A DNA stretch of 45,979 nt. Origin: Candidatus Woesearchaeota archaeon. GTDB lineage: Archaea; Nanobdellota; Nanobdellia; Woesearchaeales; BM511. The notes below the pieces were generated by a model, which searched no databases, was not told where the DNA came from, and worked only from the letters and a program-made list of their open reading frames with translations. The stretch's first letter is position 1, and each line of letters opens with the position of its first letter. The position numbers and the translations under genes were made by a program. Below, piece after piece: positions 17,949 through 27,150 of this stretch. The DNA is taken from positions 1 to 45,979 of the forward strand of contig JAHFPP010000001.1 in NCBI GenBank assembly GCA_023266675.1, read 5' to 3'.

Positions 17949-18932
17949 ATGGTTGTTTTTGACAAGTATGGTATGTATGAGACGCTTGAAAACCTTTATT
18001 CTCAAGTGGAAAAAGGGTACGAGCTTGGAGTGGATATCACAGTTCATTCAAAAATAGAAAATATTGTAGTTGTTGGTGTTGGCGCGTCTGCTATGCCTGG
18101 ATATATCCTGCAGCAATATCTTCATGATTCAGATGTTCCTGTTTTTGTTATTGAAGATTATTCCTTACCCGGATTTGTGACAAACAATTCTCTTGTATTT
18201 GTAATATCCTACACAGGAAATTCTGATGAAACACTTCATTTATACAAAGAGGTGCATAAACTTGGGTGCCAGATTATATCTATTGGAGCCGCAGGAAAAC
18301 TTCGGGAACTTGCAATGTACAATAAGACAAAGCACATATTAATCCCGTCAGGTATGCAGGGTAGACTTGCATATCCATTCATGTTTTTTCCTATCCTTCG
18401 CATTCTTGAGAATTCAGGCGTCATTAATGAGCAGGACAAATATGTAAAAAAGACATCAAACTTTCTTAGAAACAATAAGTTTGAAGAGATTACTGGGGAC
18501 ATTGCCGAGAAAATCATTTCTAAAACACCAGTTATTTATTCATCAACCAAGTATGAGGTTGTTGCAAGGAAATGGAAGCTTAACTTTAATGAGACTGCAG
18601 AAATCCCCTCATTCTACAATACTTTCCCAGGAGCATTTCATAATGATATAGCTGGGTTTGCAAAAAAGAATCTTGATTTTTATTTTATCCTTATAAAAAG
18701 CAATGATGAAACTCCTGTGCTCTTAAAAAAAGAAAAAATATTCAAGGAATTATTGAAAGAGCTGAATCTTCCTATTGTTGAAGTTGGAATTACAGGAGAT
18801 TGTTATCTTGCAAAAATATTCTCAGCTATGCTTATGGGCGACTGGATGTCATACACCCTTGCAATAAAAAAGGGAGTTGAGCCGTCATCAAGAAGAATAG
18901 TTGACGAATTTGAAAAGAGGATGAATCTATGA
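17949..18932 (+). CDS. bifunctional phosphoglucose/phosphomannose isomerase (SIS domain)
   Basis: SIS motif VISYTGNSDETL plus the length and layout of archaeal PGI/PMI. The track starts at TTG 17931, but the in-frame ATG at 17949 is preferred. Confidence 0.65.
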   Translation: MVVFDKYGMYETLENLYSQVEKGYELGVDITVHSKIENIVVVGVGASAMPGYILQQYLHDSDVPVFVIEDYSLPGFVTNNSLVFVISYTGNSDETLHLYKEVHKLGCQIISIGAAGKLRELAMYNKTKHILIPSGMQGRLAYPFMFFPILRILENSGVINEQDKYVKKTSNFLRNNKFEEITGDIAEKIISKTPVIYSSTKYEVVARKWKLNFNETAEIPSFYNTFPGAFHNDIAGFAKKNLDFYFILIKSNDETPVLLKKEKIFKELLKELNLPIVEVGITGDCYLAKIFSAMLMGDWMSYTLAIKKGVEPSSRRIVDEFEKRMNL

Positions 18933-19789
18933 GGCATATTATAGGGATAGACGTTGGTGGAACAAAGATTGAAGGCGTAATAATAGACGAGAACGGAAAA
19001 ATATTGAATAAGATTAGGATACCGACTGAAGCGCAGGAAGGAAAAGAAGTTGTGATAAAAAACATACTCAAAGTTGCAAGGCAATTATGGTCTGAACCAG
19101 TATGCGGAGTTGGCGTTGGCGTTCCAGGTCCGGTACGCGAAAACGGGTTTGTGCCGTACCTTGCAAACGTGAAGGACTTCAAGAATACAAATTTAACAAG
19201 CATACTTTTAAAGGAATTAAAGACTGACGTTAAAGTTGAAAATGACGCAAATTTATTTGCGCTAGCCGAGCACACATTTGGAATCGGGAAAAAATATCCA
19301 AACATGGCTGGCGTTATTGTTGGAACAGGAATTGGCTCAGGACTGATTTTAAACAACATGCTTTATTCTGGCAGACACGGAGGCGCTGGTGAAATTGGTC
19401 ACAACATAATTGATTCAAAAAAGATGAGAGATCTTGAATACTTTTGCGCGGGTCCTGGAATAATAAGGCTTTACATTGAAGCAGGAGGAAAAGCGTCAAT
19501 AAAAGAAACAAAGGATATATTTTCTCTTAAAAACGATGCAATTGCAAAAGCAGTTATTGACAAAGTTCACGAATTACTTGCTGAAGCGTTTGCGCAGGCT
19601 GTAAACACTTTAAATGTTGAACTCATAGTTGTCGGCGGTGGAGTTTCAAACTCGCTAGATTTTAAAAAATTAAATATGATCGCAAAAAAGTTTGTATTCC
19701 CTCCATTACAGGACACATTTAAAATAGAAAGATATCACCTTGGAGACTCAGCAGGAAGCCTTGGCGCAGCAGCACTTTTTTTCAGATGA
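18929..19789 (+). CDS. ROK-family sugar kinase (glucokinase-like)
   Basis: 286 aa. IGIDVGGTKIEGVIID, ENDANLFALAE and GGAGEIGH ROK motifs. It overlaps the upstream gene by 4 nt. Confidence 0.8.
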   Translation: MRHIIGIDVGGTKIEGVIIDENGKILNKIRIPTEAQEGKEVVIKNILKVARQLWSEPVCGVGVGVPGPVRENGFVPYLANVKDFKNTNLTSILLKELKTDVKVENDANLFALAEHTFGIGKKYPNMAGVIVGTGIGSGLILNNMLYSGRHGGAGEIGHNIIDSKKMRDLEYFCAGPGIIRLYIEAGGKASIKETKDIFSLKNDAIAKAVIDKVHELLAEAFAQAVNTLNVELIVVGGGVSNSLDFKKLNMIAKKFVFPPLQDTFKIERYHLGDSAGSLGAAALFFR

Positions 19790-19897
19790 TCTAGATAATT
19801 CTTTTTTTAATTAATACTTTTTATTTTTATTAATTACCTTTTCTCTAACAACTCATTATCGCAATCTTTAAATAAAACCATCATTCAGTTTTTATTT

Positions 19898-21223
19898 ATG
19901 AGCATATTCAAAGCATATGACATTCGTGGAATCTATAAACAGGATTTGGATGAAGAGCTTGCATACAAAATCGGGCGGGCATTTGTTTCGTTTCTTAAAT
20001 GCAAAACTGTCATGGTTGGCGTTGACATGCGAAAATCGTCATTGCCGCTATATGATGCGCTTGTAAAAGGAATAAATGAAGAGGGAGCAGATGTAATTAA
20101 TATTGGACTTTGCTCTACACCACTGTTTTATTTTGGCACGGGAAAACTTAATGTTGACGCAGGCATAATGGTCACAGCGTCGCACAATCCTAAAGAATAC
20201 AACGGATTTAAACTTTGTAAAAAAGGCGCGGTTCCAATAAGCGGAGACACTGGAATTAAAGAAATAGAAAAACTCGTTTTAAAAAATGATTTTAAACCCT
20301 CAAAAACAAGAGGAGTTGTTACAAAAAAAGATGTAAAAAAAGATTATATCAATTCCATATCAAAGCATTATTCTCCAACATCTGGCAAGCTAAAAATCGT
20401 TGCTGACTGCGCAAACAGCGTCGGCGCACTGGAACTTGAAGTCTTAAAATCATTAAAAAATCTTGAGATAATTCCTTTATTTGAGGAGATGACTGGCGAG
20501 TTTGAAAACCATGAGGCAAACCCGCTGAAAGTTGAAACGCTTTTAGCTTTGCAAAAAACTGTTTTAAAAGAAAAAGCAGACCTTGGAATAGCGTTTGACG
20601 GCGACGCAGACAGAGTTGGATTTGTTGATGAAAAAGGAAATGTCATCCCAATGGACATAATCACTGCGATAATTTCAAAAAGCATCCTTGAAAAAGGAAA
20701 ACAAACCATACTTTATGACCTAAGGTCAAGCAAAGTCGTTAAGGAAGTTATTGAAGAAAACAAAGGTATAGCTGTTCAGTGCAGAGTTGGACACGCGTTT
20801 ATCAAAAAACAGATGAGAGACAATGATGCTTTTTTTGCAGGAGAACTCTCAGGACACTTTTATTTCAAAGACAATTACACAACAGAGTCAAGCAGCCTTG
20901 CAGCACTTTATATCATAAACTTAATGCTTGAACAAAAAAAGAAGATATCAGAAGTAGCATATCCATTATTGAAATATTCGCACTCAGGAGAAATAAACAG
21001 TAAAGTGTCAGACGTCAATGAAACCATAAAGAAGATTGAGGAGAAATACTCAGGAAAAGGAGAAAAGCTAACGCTAGACGGCATAAGTTTCTATTTCAAA
21101 GACTGGTGGTTTAATGTACGCGCATCAAACACTGAGCCACTGATACGGCTAAACCTTGAAGCAGACTCAAAAAAAGTCATGGAGCAAAAGAGGAATGAAG
21201 TCCTTAAACTTATCAGAGGATAG
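19898..21223 (+). CDS. phosphomannomutase/phosphoglucomutase
   Basis: 441 aa. Active-site TASHNPKEYNGFK, metal-binding FDGDADR and sugar-binding GELSGH motifs. Confidence 0.88.
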   Translation: MSIFKAYDIRGIYKQDLDEELAYKIGRAFVSFLKCKTVMVGVDMRKSSLPLYDALVKGINEEGADVINIGLCSTPLFYFGTGKLNVDAGIMVTASHNPKEYNGFKLCKKGAVPISGDTGIKEIEKLVLKNDFKPSKTRGVVTKKDVKKDYINSISKHYSPTSGKLKIVADCANSVGALELEVLKSLKNLEIIPLFEEMTGEFENHEANPLKVETLLALQKTVLKEKADLGIAFDGDADRVGFVDEKGNVIPMDIITAIISKSILEKGKQTILYDLRSSKVVKEVIEENKGIAVQCRVGHAFIKKQMRDNDAFFAGELSGHFYFKDNYTTESSSLAALYIINLMLEQKKKISEVAYPLLKYSHSGEINSKVSDVNETIKKIEEKYSGKGEKLTLDGISFYFKDWWFNVRASNTEPLIRLNLEADSKKVMEQKRNEVLKLIRG

Positions 21224-21345
21224 CGAGAATAAAAAGCATAAAGTTTTTAAATAAACATTCATTTCTAACCTGTGTAAGAGAGAAGGCAGAGGAAATAAAA
21301 AAAGACTAAAAGCTTTTTTCTCAGCATTACCTATAAAAAAATTAA

Positions 21346-21705
21346 ATGCTAATGGAAAGAATAAAACCATTAATACCAACACTTAGAGAGAAGAAAAGGT
21401 ATATCACGTTTGAAATCATATCAAAAAACCATGATTTTGGATTAAAAGACCTTGAGCACTCAATAAAGCATGAATTCAAGGAACTATACGGAATAGATGG
21501 ACAGGCAAAAGCCGGAATCATACTCATATCAAAAAGATACGATTTGGCAAAACAAAAAGGAATAATACGCATAAATAATAAATACGTCGACAAGCTGAAA
21601 CTTTCGCTTGCGATGGTAAAAAAAATAAAAAACACAGACGCAATCATAAGGACGCTTATAACATCAGGAATGATAAAAAAAGCGGCAGAAAAAATAAGCG
21701 CTTAA
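21346..21705 (+). CDS. rnp2: RNase P protein component 2 (Pop5/Rpp14 homolog)
   Basis: 119 aa. PTLREKKRYITFEI is the hallmark N-terminal motif. The position directly upstream of psmA is the conserved superoperon position. Confidence 0.7.
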   Translation: MLMERIKPLIPTLREKKRYITFEIISKNHDFGLKDLEHSIKHEFKELYGIDGQAKAGIILISKRYDLAKQKGIIRINNKYVDKLKLSLAMVKKIKNTDAIIRTLITSGMIKKAAEKISA

Positions 21706-21775
21706 AAATATAAAACTTAAAAATACAAATTAAACAGGAAAATTAAAAAAATAATTTAGAGGGAGGGAAAATACA

Positions 21776-21856
21776 ATGCAAGCAATGCAAACAAAAATCA
21801 AAAAACAATTTTTGGGCATAGTTGCATTTTGTGATATACCTTTGATACAATACTAA
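21776..21856 (+). other. 26-codon upstream ORF duplicating the first five psmA codons
   Basis: GAGGGAGGG Shine-Dalgarno followed by ATGCAAGCAATGCAA, identical to psmA nucleotides 1-15 at 21875-21889. It encodes MQAMQTKIKKQFLGIVAFCDIPLIQY. Confidence 0.3.
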
Positions 21857-21874
21857 AATGGAGGATGAATAAAA

Positions 21875-22609
21875 ATGCAAGCAATGCAACACCAAATGAT
21901 GGGATACGACAGAGCAATAACAATGTTTTCACCTGACGGCAGGCTATTACAGGTAGAATATGCAAAAAAAACCGTAAGGCAGGGAAGCACAGCAATAGGC
22001 ATGGTTTGCAAAGACGGCGTACTGCTAGTAGCAGACAAAAGAATAGTTGACAAACTAATAATTCCAGAATCCGTTGAGAAAATATTTGAAATCGACAATC
22101 ACATAATGACAACCGCAGCAGGAATACTGTCTGACGCAAGAGTGCTTGTGGACAGAGCGCAGGTCAAAGCTCAGCAGCACATGGTAACTTATGATGGTCA
22201 GATAGACACAATGACAATTGTTAAAGACATAGCAGCATTAAAGCAGATATGCACTCAGTCCGGTGGCCTACGACCATTTGGAGTAAGTTTACTAATAGCA
22301 GGAATTGACCCTAACGGAGCAAAAAGACTTTACGAAACAGACCCAACAGGAATCTACTTTGAATACAAAGCATCAGTTATTGGCGAGGGAGAACCTGAAA
22401 TCGAGGAAATACTTGTCAAGGAATACCGAGATGACATAACAATCGACGAGGGACTAAAGTTAGCAATAAAAGCAATGAGCAAAGTAATTGAACTAAAACC
22501 TGAAGAGAACAGGGTTGACGCAGCATTCATAACTGTAAAAGACAGAAAAATGACAAAGATGCCAAAGGAAAAAATAATTCAGGCATTGACACAATTCAAG
22601 AAGAAATAG
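21875..22609 (+). CDS. psmA: proteasome subunit alpha
   Basis: 244 aa. YDRAITMFSPDGRLLQVEYA is the alpha-subunit signature. Confidence 0.92.
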   Translation: MQAMQHQMMGYDRAITMFSPDGRLLQVEYAKKTVRQGSTAIGMVCKDGVLLVADKRIVDKLIIPESVEKIFEIDNHIMTTAAGILSDARVLVDRAQVKAQQHMVTYDGQIDTMTIVKDIAALKQICTQSGGLRPFGVSLLIAGIDPNGAKRLYETDPTGIYFEYKASVIGEGEPEIEEILVKEYRDDITIDEGLKLAIKAMSKVIELKPEENRVDAAFITVKDRKMTKMPKEKIIQALTQFKKK

Positions 22610-22627
22610 AAACTGAGGATTGATAAA

Positions 22628-23344
22628 ATGCAACCAATGAGTATGGTCAAAGAGCGAGTTCACTTCAACACCGCAAAACTAAAGAAAGGCGGAGAAACAT
22701 TTGAAATCGCAGTGGATCCTGACTTAGCTATTTCTTTTAGAAACAAAAAACCTGTTGACATAAAAGAAGTTCTGAAAAGCGAACACATATTTTCTGACGT
22801 AAAAAAAGGTTTAATTGCAAGCGAAGAGCATATGCACACAATCTTTGAAATGAAAGACGTATTAAAAATTGCAGAATTTATCCTAACGCACGGAGAGCTT
22901 CAGCTTACTAATGACTACAGGCACAAGCTTTACGAGGAAAAAAAGAAAAGAATAATTGATATAATAGCAAGAAACGGCGTTGACCCAAAAACACATCTTC
23001 CGCATCCAAAAACAAGGATAGAAAATGCTATAAGCGAAGCAAAAGTCACATTTGACTACTATCAATCAGCAGAAGACCAGGTTCAGGATGTACTAAAACA
23101 CATTATGAAAGTTCTTCCAATAAAGTTTGAAATGATAAAAGTGGAAGTCAAGATTGGCTCAAAGTATGCATCAAAAATGTATGGCACAGTATCATCATTT
23201 GGAAAAATAATGCACGATTCATGGACGCCAGACGGAACATGGATTGTTGTTGTTGAGATCCCAGCAGGAATACAAAACGACTTCTATGACAAGCTTAATG
23301 CGCTTACTCATGGAGACGTTTCAACAGAAATCGTCAAACAATAA
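22628..23344 (+). CDS. SBDS-family ribosome maturation protein
   Basis: 238 aa. AKLKKGGETFEIAVDP N-terminal FYSH-domain motif in the conserved superoperon position. Confidence 0.85.
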   Translation: MQPMSMVKERVHFNTAKLKKGGETFEIAVDPDLAISFRNKKPVDIKEVLKSEHIFSDVKKGLIASEEHMHTIFEMKDVLKIAEFILTHGELQLTNDYRHKLYEEKKKRIIDIIARNGVDPKTHLPHPKTRIENAISEAKVTFDYYQSAEDQVQDVLKHIMKVLPIKFEMIKVEVKIGSKYASKMYGTVSSFGKIMHDSWTPDGTWIVVVEIPAGIQNDFYDKLNALTHGDVSTEIVKQ

Positions 23345-23408
23345 AAAATAAAAAAATAAAAAACAAATATTAAATTTAAAAAAATAAACAAAAACGGTGA
23401 AATAAAAT

Positions 23409-24206
23409 ATGACAACACAAAAAAGCGAGTTAATCGCAAAAGACAAAAAGATAGCTGTTCCAGGAGAAATCCTAGCTACCGGCATGGATTTTCTTCCAAG
23501 CAACGGAACATACAGACTTAGCGACAAGATACTTGCAAGCAAGCTTGGAGTATTAAACGTTGACGGAAAGGTACTAAAAATAATACCTGTATCAGGAAGA
23601 TACTTCCCAAGAAAGGGAGATGTAATAATAGGAAAAGTAGTAGACCTTAACTTCAACGGATGGCGAGTAAACATAAACTGCGCATACGAAGCAATGCTAT
23701 CAGTGAAGGACGCAACAAGCGACTTCATAAGGCGAGGAGAAAACCTTACAAAGTTCTTTGACATAAACGATTACATGGTAACACAGATAATCAACGTAAC
23801 AAGCCAAAACCTTGTAGATTTAACCCTTAAAGGAATGGGTCTAAAGAAGCTTTACGGCGGAAGAATAATAGAAATCAATACGCACAAAGTTCCTAGAATA
23901 ATAGGAAAGCAGGGTTCAATGGTTTCAATGATAAAAGAAGCAACAGGATGCAAGATAACAGTTGGACAAAACGGATTCATCTGGATTTCTGGGCCTCCAG
24001 CAGGCGAAATACTTGCAGTGACTGTAATTAAGAAAATTGAGAGCGAATCACACCAGTCAGGCTTAACAGACAAAATAAAAGAATACCTTGACAAGAACAG
24101 GGTAGTTCCAAAACAAACTACACCAGTTCAGGAATCAGAAAATGATTTTGAACAGGAAGAACCACAAAGCGACGCACAATCAGACTTCAGCGACGAACAA
24201 GAGTGA
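23409..24206 (+). CDS. rrp4: exosome complex RNA-binding subunit Rrp4 (S1 plus KH) with an acidic C-terminal tail
   Basis: 265 aa. S1-like GDVIIGKVVDLNFNGWRVNI and KH motif IIGKQGSMVSMIKEATGCKI. The last ~35 residues are rich in D, E, Q and S. Confidence 0.85.
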   Translation: MTTQKSELIAKDKKIAVPGEILATGMDFLPSNGTYRLSDKILASKLGVLNVDGKVLKIIPVSGRYFPRKGDVIIGKVVDLNFNGWRVNINCAYEAMLSVKDATSDFIRRGENLTKFFDINDYMVTQIINVTSQNLVDLTLKGMGLKKLYGGRIIEINTHKVPRIIGKQGSMVSMIKEATGCKITVGQNGFIWISGPPAGEILAVTVIKKIESESHQSGLTDKIKEYLDKNRVVPKQTTPVQESENDFEQEEPQSDAQSDFSDEQE

Positions 24207-24925
24207 TAAAAATGACATACAAAAAACGATACGACGGAAGAAACTTCACAGAGTCAAGAGAAATTGAAGCGAAAGCTGGCGTAATAAAAAGAGCAGACGG
24301 CTCAGCATACTTTAGAATAGGAAACACAGTAGCATATGCAGCAGTATACGGACCACGCGAACTGCACCCAAAATTCATGCAAAACCCTGAACGAGGAATA
24401 CTTAGATGCAGCTACAACATGATGCCATTCTCAGGACAAGGCGAAAGAGTGCGACCTGGACAAAACAGAAGAGCACGAGAAATCGCAATGGTAACAGAAA
24501 AAGCATTACTTCCAGTACTAAATTTGGAAAACTATCCAAACGCAGTAGTTGACGTCTTCATTGAACTGCCTCAGACAGACGCAGGCTCAAGATGCGCAGG
24601 AATATGCGCAGCATCAATAGCACTAGCTGATGCAGGAATCGAAATGAAAGACCTAGTTGGTGCAGTGTCCGTTGGACGAGTTGACGACAAAGTATTAGTT
24701 GACCTAGATTACTCTGAAGAAGCACATGAAGAAGGCGGCACAGCAGACATACCAATTGCTTTAATTCCTTCAACAGGCGAAATGACACTTTTGCAGATGG
24801 ATGGAGAAATAACAAAAGAACAATTAATAAATGCTCTAAACATGGCAAAGGATGCAATTTTAAAAATAAACATAGAGCAAAAAAACGCTCTAAAAAATAA
24901 ATTTGAGGTAGTTAACGATGAGTAA
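24203..24925 (+). CDS. rrp41: exosome complex exonuclease Rrp41 (RNase PH fold)
   Basis: 240 aa. RYDGRNFTESREIEAKAGVIKRADGSAYF...NRRAREI is typical of Rrp41. It overlaps rrp4 by 4 nt. Confidence 0.9.
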   Translation: MIKMTYKKRYDGRNFTESREIEAKAGVIKRADGSAYFRIGNTVAYAAVYGPRELHPKFMQNPERGILRCSYNMMPFSGQGERVRPGQNRRAREIAMVTEKALLPVLNLENYPNAVVDVFIELPQTDAGSRCAGICAASIALADAGIEMKDLVGAVSVGRVDDKVLVDLDYSEEAHEEGGTADIPIALIPSTGEMTLLQMDGEITKEQLINALNMAKDAILKINIEQKNALKNKFEVVNDE

Positions 24926-25688
24926 AGATTCAAAAACAAACCTGATAAGATACTTGTCAGAAGAAAAAAGATTTGACGGAAGAAAGCTTGACGAATTTCG
25001 GCAGATAGAAATCGAATACAATGTTTCAAAAACAGCAGAAGGCTCAGCAAGAGTCAAAGTTGGAGAAACAGAAGTAATCGCAGGAATAAAACTTGAAATG
25101 GGTAAACCATTCCCAGACACACCAGACGAAGGAGCACTAATGGTAGGAACAGAACTTTTACCATTATCATCCCCCGACTTTGAAGCAGGACCGCCAGGAA
25201 TCGAAGCAATCGAAATGGCAAGAGTCGTAGACAGGGGTCTAAGAGAATCAAAAGCTATTGACAACAAAAAACTTTGTGTTAAAAAAGGCGAAAAAGTCTG
25301 GATTATAAGCGTAGACATCTGCACAATCAACAACCAGGGAAACCTTCTTGACGTATGCGGCCTTGCAGCAATTGCAGCGCTAAAAGTTGCAAAGTTCCCA
25401 GGATTTGACGGAGAACGAGTTGACTACAAAACACACACAGACGAACCAGTTCCGCTGCTTAAAATACCAATACCAGTAACAGTCTTTAAGCTCTCTGGAA
25501 AATATTTTGTTGACCCAACAAGCGAAGAAGAACAGGAATACGATTCAAGACTGACTGTTACAACAATTGAAGACGGCACAATCTGCGCGCTTCAAAAAGG
25601 CGGCGACGCTCCAATAACAGTTGAAGACGTAGACAACATGGTCTCAATTGCTTTAAGAAAGGCAAATGAGATAAGAAAAAGTTTGTAA
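24918..25688 (+). CDS. rrp42: exosome complex subunit Rrp42 (RNase PH fold)
   Basis: 256 aa. RFDGRKLDEFRQIEIEYNVSKTAEGSARVKVGETEVIAGIK pattern. It overlaps rrp41 by 8 nt. Confidence 0.88.
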   Translation: MSKDSKTNLIRYLSEEKRFDGRKLDEFRQIEIEYNVSKTAEGSARVKVGETEVIAGIKLEMGKPFPDTPDEGALMVGTELLPLSSPDFEAGPPGIEAIEMARVVDRGLRESKAIDNKKLCVKKGEKVWIISVDICTINNQGNLLDVCGLAAIAALKVAKFPGFDGERVDYKTHTDEPVPLLKIPIPVTVFKLSGKYFVDPTSEEEQEYDSRLTVTTIEDGTICALQKGGDAPITVEDVDNMVSIALRKANEIRKSL

Positions 25689-25708
25689 AAATTTGAGGTA
25701 AAATAATA

Positions 25709-25936
25709 ATGGCAAACAATAACAAGGAAGAAGATTTCGAATACACAAAATACGAAAAAGCAAGAGTACTTGGAGCACGGGCTTTGCAGCTTTCAATGGG
25801 AGCGCCAATAGCAATTGACATGCCAAAGAAGAAGCTTGAAGAAATAAGGTACAACGTTCTTGAAATCGCAAAGCTTGAATACGCAGCAGGCAAGATTCCA
25901 ATAACAGTCAAGCGCCCAGAAATGAAGGCAAAATAA
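25709..25936 (+). CDS. rpoK: DNA-directed RNA polymerase subunit K (Rpo6)
   Basis: 75 aa. TKYEKARVLGARALQLSMGAP is the Rpo6/RpoK signature. Confidence 0.85.
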   Translation: MANNNKEEDFEYTKYEKARVLGARALQLSMGAPIAIDMPKKKLEEIRYNVLEIAKLEYAAGKIPITVKRPEMKAK

Positions 25937-26014
25937 ATTTTTATTTATTATTTTCTTTTTTATAAATTTTCTAAGTAACTATTATCTATCAATAAGAATT
26001 TTAATTAAAAGAAA

Positions 26015-26770
26015 TTATCTCTTCTTTTTCTTAGTAGTTAGTTCGTCGTCAACAGTCATCTTCTTGTATCCAATCCATATTAGTATTGCAAGTGCAACTC
26101 CAAGAAGCGCTAATCGTAAATAGTCTCCAAGATTTGACCAGTCACGGATTGTGCCGTAGAGTATTGACAAAAATCCGCCGCCAAGAACTCCTGGGGAGAC
26201 TGTGTCGTTTTTTAGAACTATTGCAATTATCATGCATATGATTCCTAGTACTAGCGCAACTATGAAAACAATTCCGTTATACTTTTTGTCAGCTTCCTGA
26301 AACGTGTTTTGGCATGTTTCGCATGTGTAGCTTTCAACGCATCCTTTATTGTCATATCTTGCTGTAAGGTATCCTTTCTTTTCATTGCAGCTGTCAAGCT
26401 CTGACTGCGTCTGAACTGTCTCATTCATGCATCTGTATTTGTCGCTAAGGTATCCAACCATTATGTCATTGCTGCAGTCGTCTTTTTCTTTAAGGCATTT
26501 GTAAACAGATGCTGAATCTGAAGGACTGCTTTTAATGCATTTATCGGATAATTCTGAACATAATCTGAACGAATTATTAATTGAAGTGGAATCATAACTT
26601 AAACTGTTATAAACAGGACTTCCTGTTTTTTCCAGAACTGGAGCATACTGATTTTTACAGTAATTCTCATATTTTGGAGGCTTGTAGAATGTATCAATTC
26701 CAAAACCAATAAAGAGCACTAGCATTATTGCAATAGCAACTGTTAGTATTCTTTGCTTAAGCTTTGACAT
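26015..26770 (-). CDS. membrane protein with a Cys-rich extracytoplasmic domain
   Basis: 251 aa. N-terminal TM anchor, a ~140-aa domain with about ten cysteines, then C-terminal TM helices and a KKKKR tail. Confidence 0.5.
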   Translation of the reverse strand: MSKLKQRILTVAIAIMLVLFIGFGIDTFYKPPKYENYCKNQYAPVLEKTGSPVYNSLSYDSTSINNSFRLCSELSDKCIKSSPSDSASVYKCLKEKDDCSNDIMVGYLSDKYRCMNETVQTQSELDSCNEKKGYLTARYDNKGCVESYTCETCQNTFQEADKKYNGIVFIVALVLGIICMIIAIVLKNDTVSPGVLGGGFLSILYGTIRDWSNLGDYLRLALLGVALAILIWIGYKKMTVDDELTTKKKKR

Positions 26771-26838
26771 AAAGAATTAAATAACAAATTTATATTTAAA
26801 GGTATCTATAAATTCTGTTGTCTAATATAGTTATATCT

Positions 26839-27075
26839 TTAACGAATTTTAAAGAAATTATCTAATGCATAACTTTTTTTCCCGATAAGATGAGATACTA
26901 ATATTATCAAATAAATGATTAATACTATAATAATAAATGCTAGTATAATAGCTAATCTAATATTTGAGGGAATATAATCTAAAGTTCTCATTATTGTAAA
27001 TAGAACATATGAAAAAAAGATAATTAAAATTGTAAGTATTGCACTTACACCAATAATTTTAGGTTTACTATACAT
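26839..27075 (-). CDS. small two-TM membrane protein
   Basis: 78-aa ORF, highly hydrophobic and very AT-rich. Weak support. Confidence 0.3.
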   Translation of the reverse strand: MYSKPKIIGVSAILTILIIFFSYVLFTIMRTLDYIPSNIRLAIILAFIIIVLIIYLIILVSHLIGKKSYALDNFFKIR

Positions 27076-27150
27076 AACATAACTTTATTGAGTATAATAT
27101 AAAAAAGTTTTTATTCTTTTTTTAAACTATTTAAGAAAATGTTTGCTAAT

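Noticed and set aside
18832-19359. A 175-aa minus-strand ORF
   Set aside because: It lies entirely antisense to the PGI/PMI 3' end and the ROK kinase, and nothing independently supports it.
21798-22139. Minus-strand ORFs of 113 and 81 aa overlapping the psmA 5' region
   Set aside because: They are antisense to the proteasome alpha gene. Their Leu/Cys-rich composition is typical of the reverse frame of purine-rich coding sequence.
24558-25911. Several minus-strand ORFs (99-147 aa) across rrp41, rrp42 and rpoK
   Set aside because: They are antisense shadows of well-supported exosome and RpoK genes, with no start signals or motifs.
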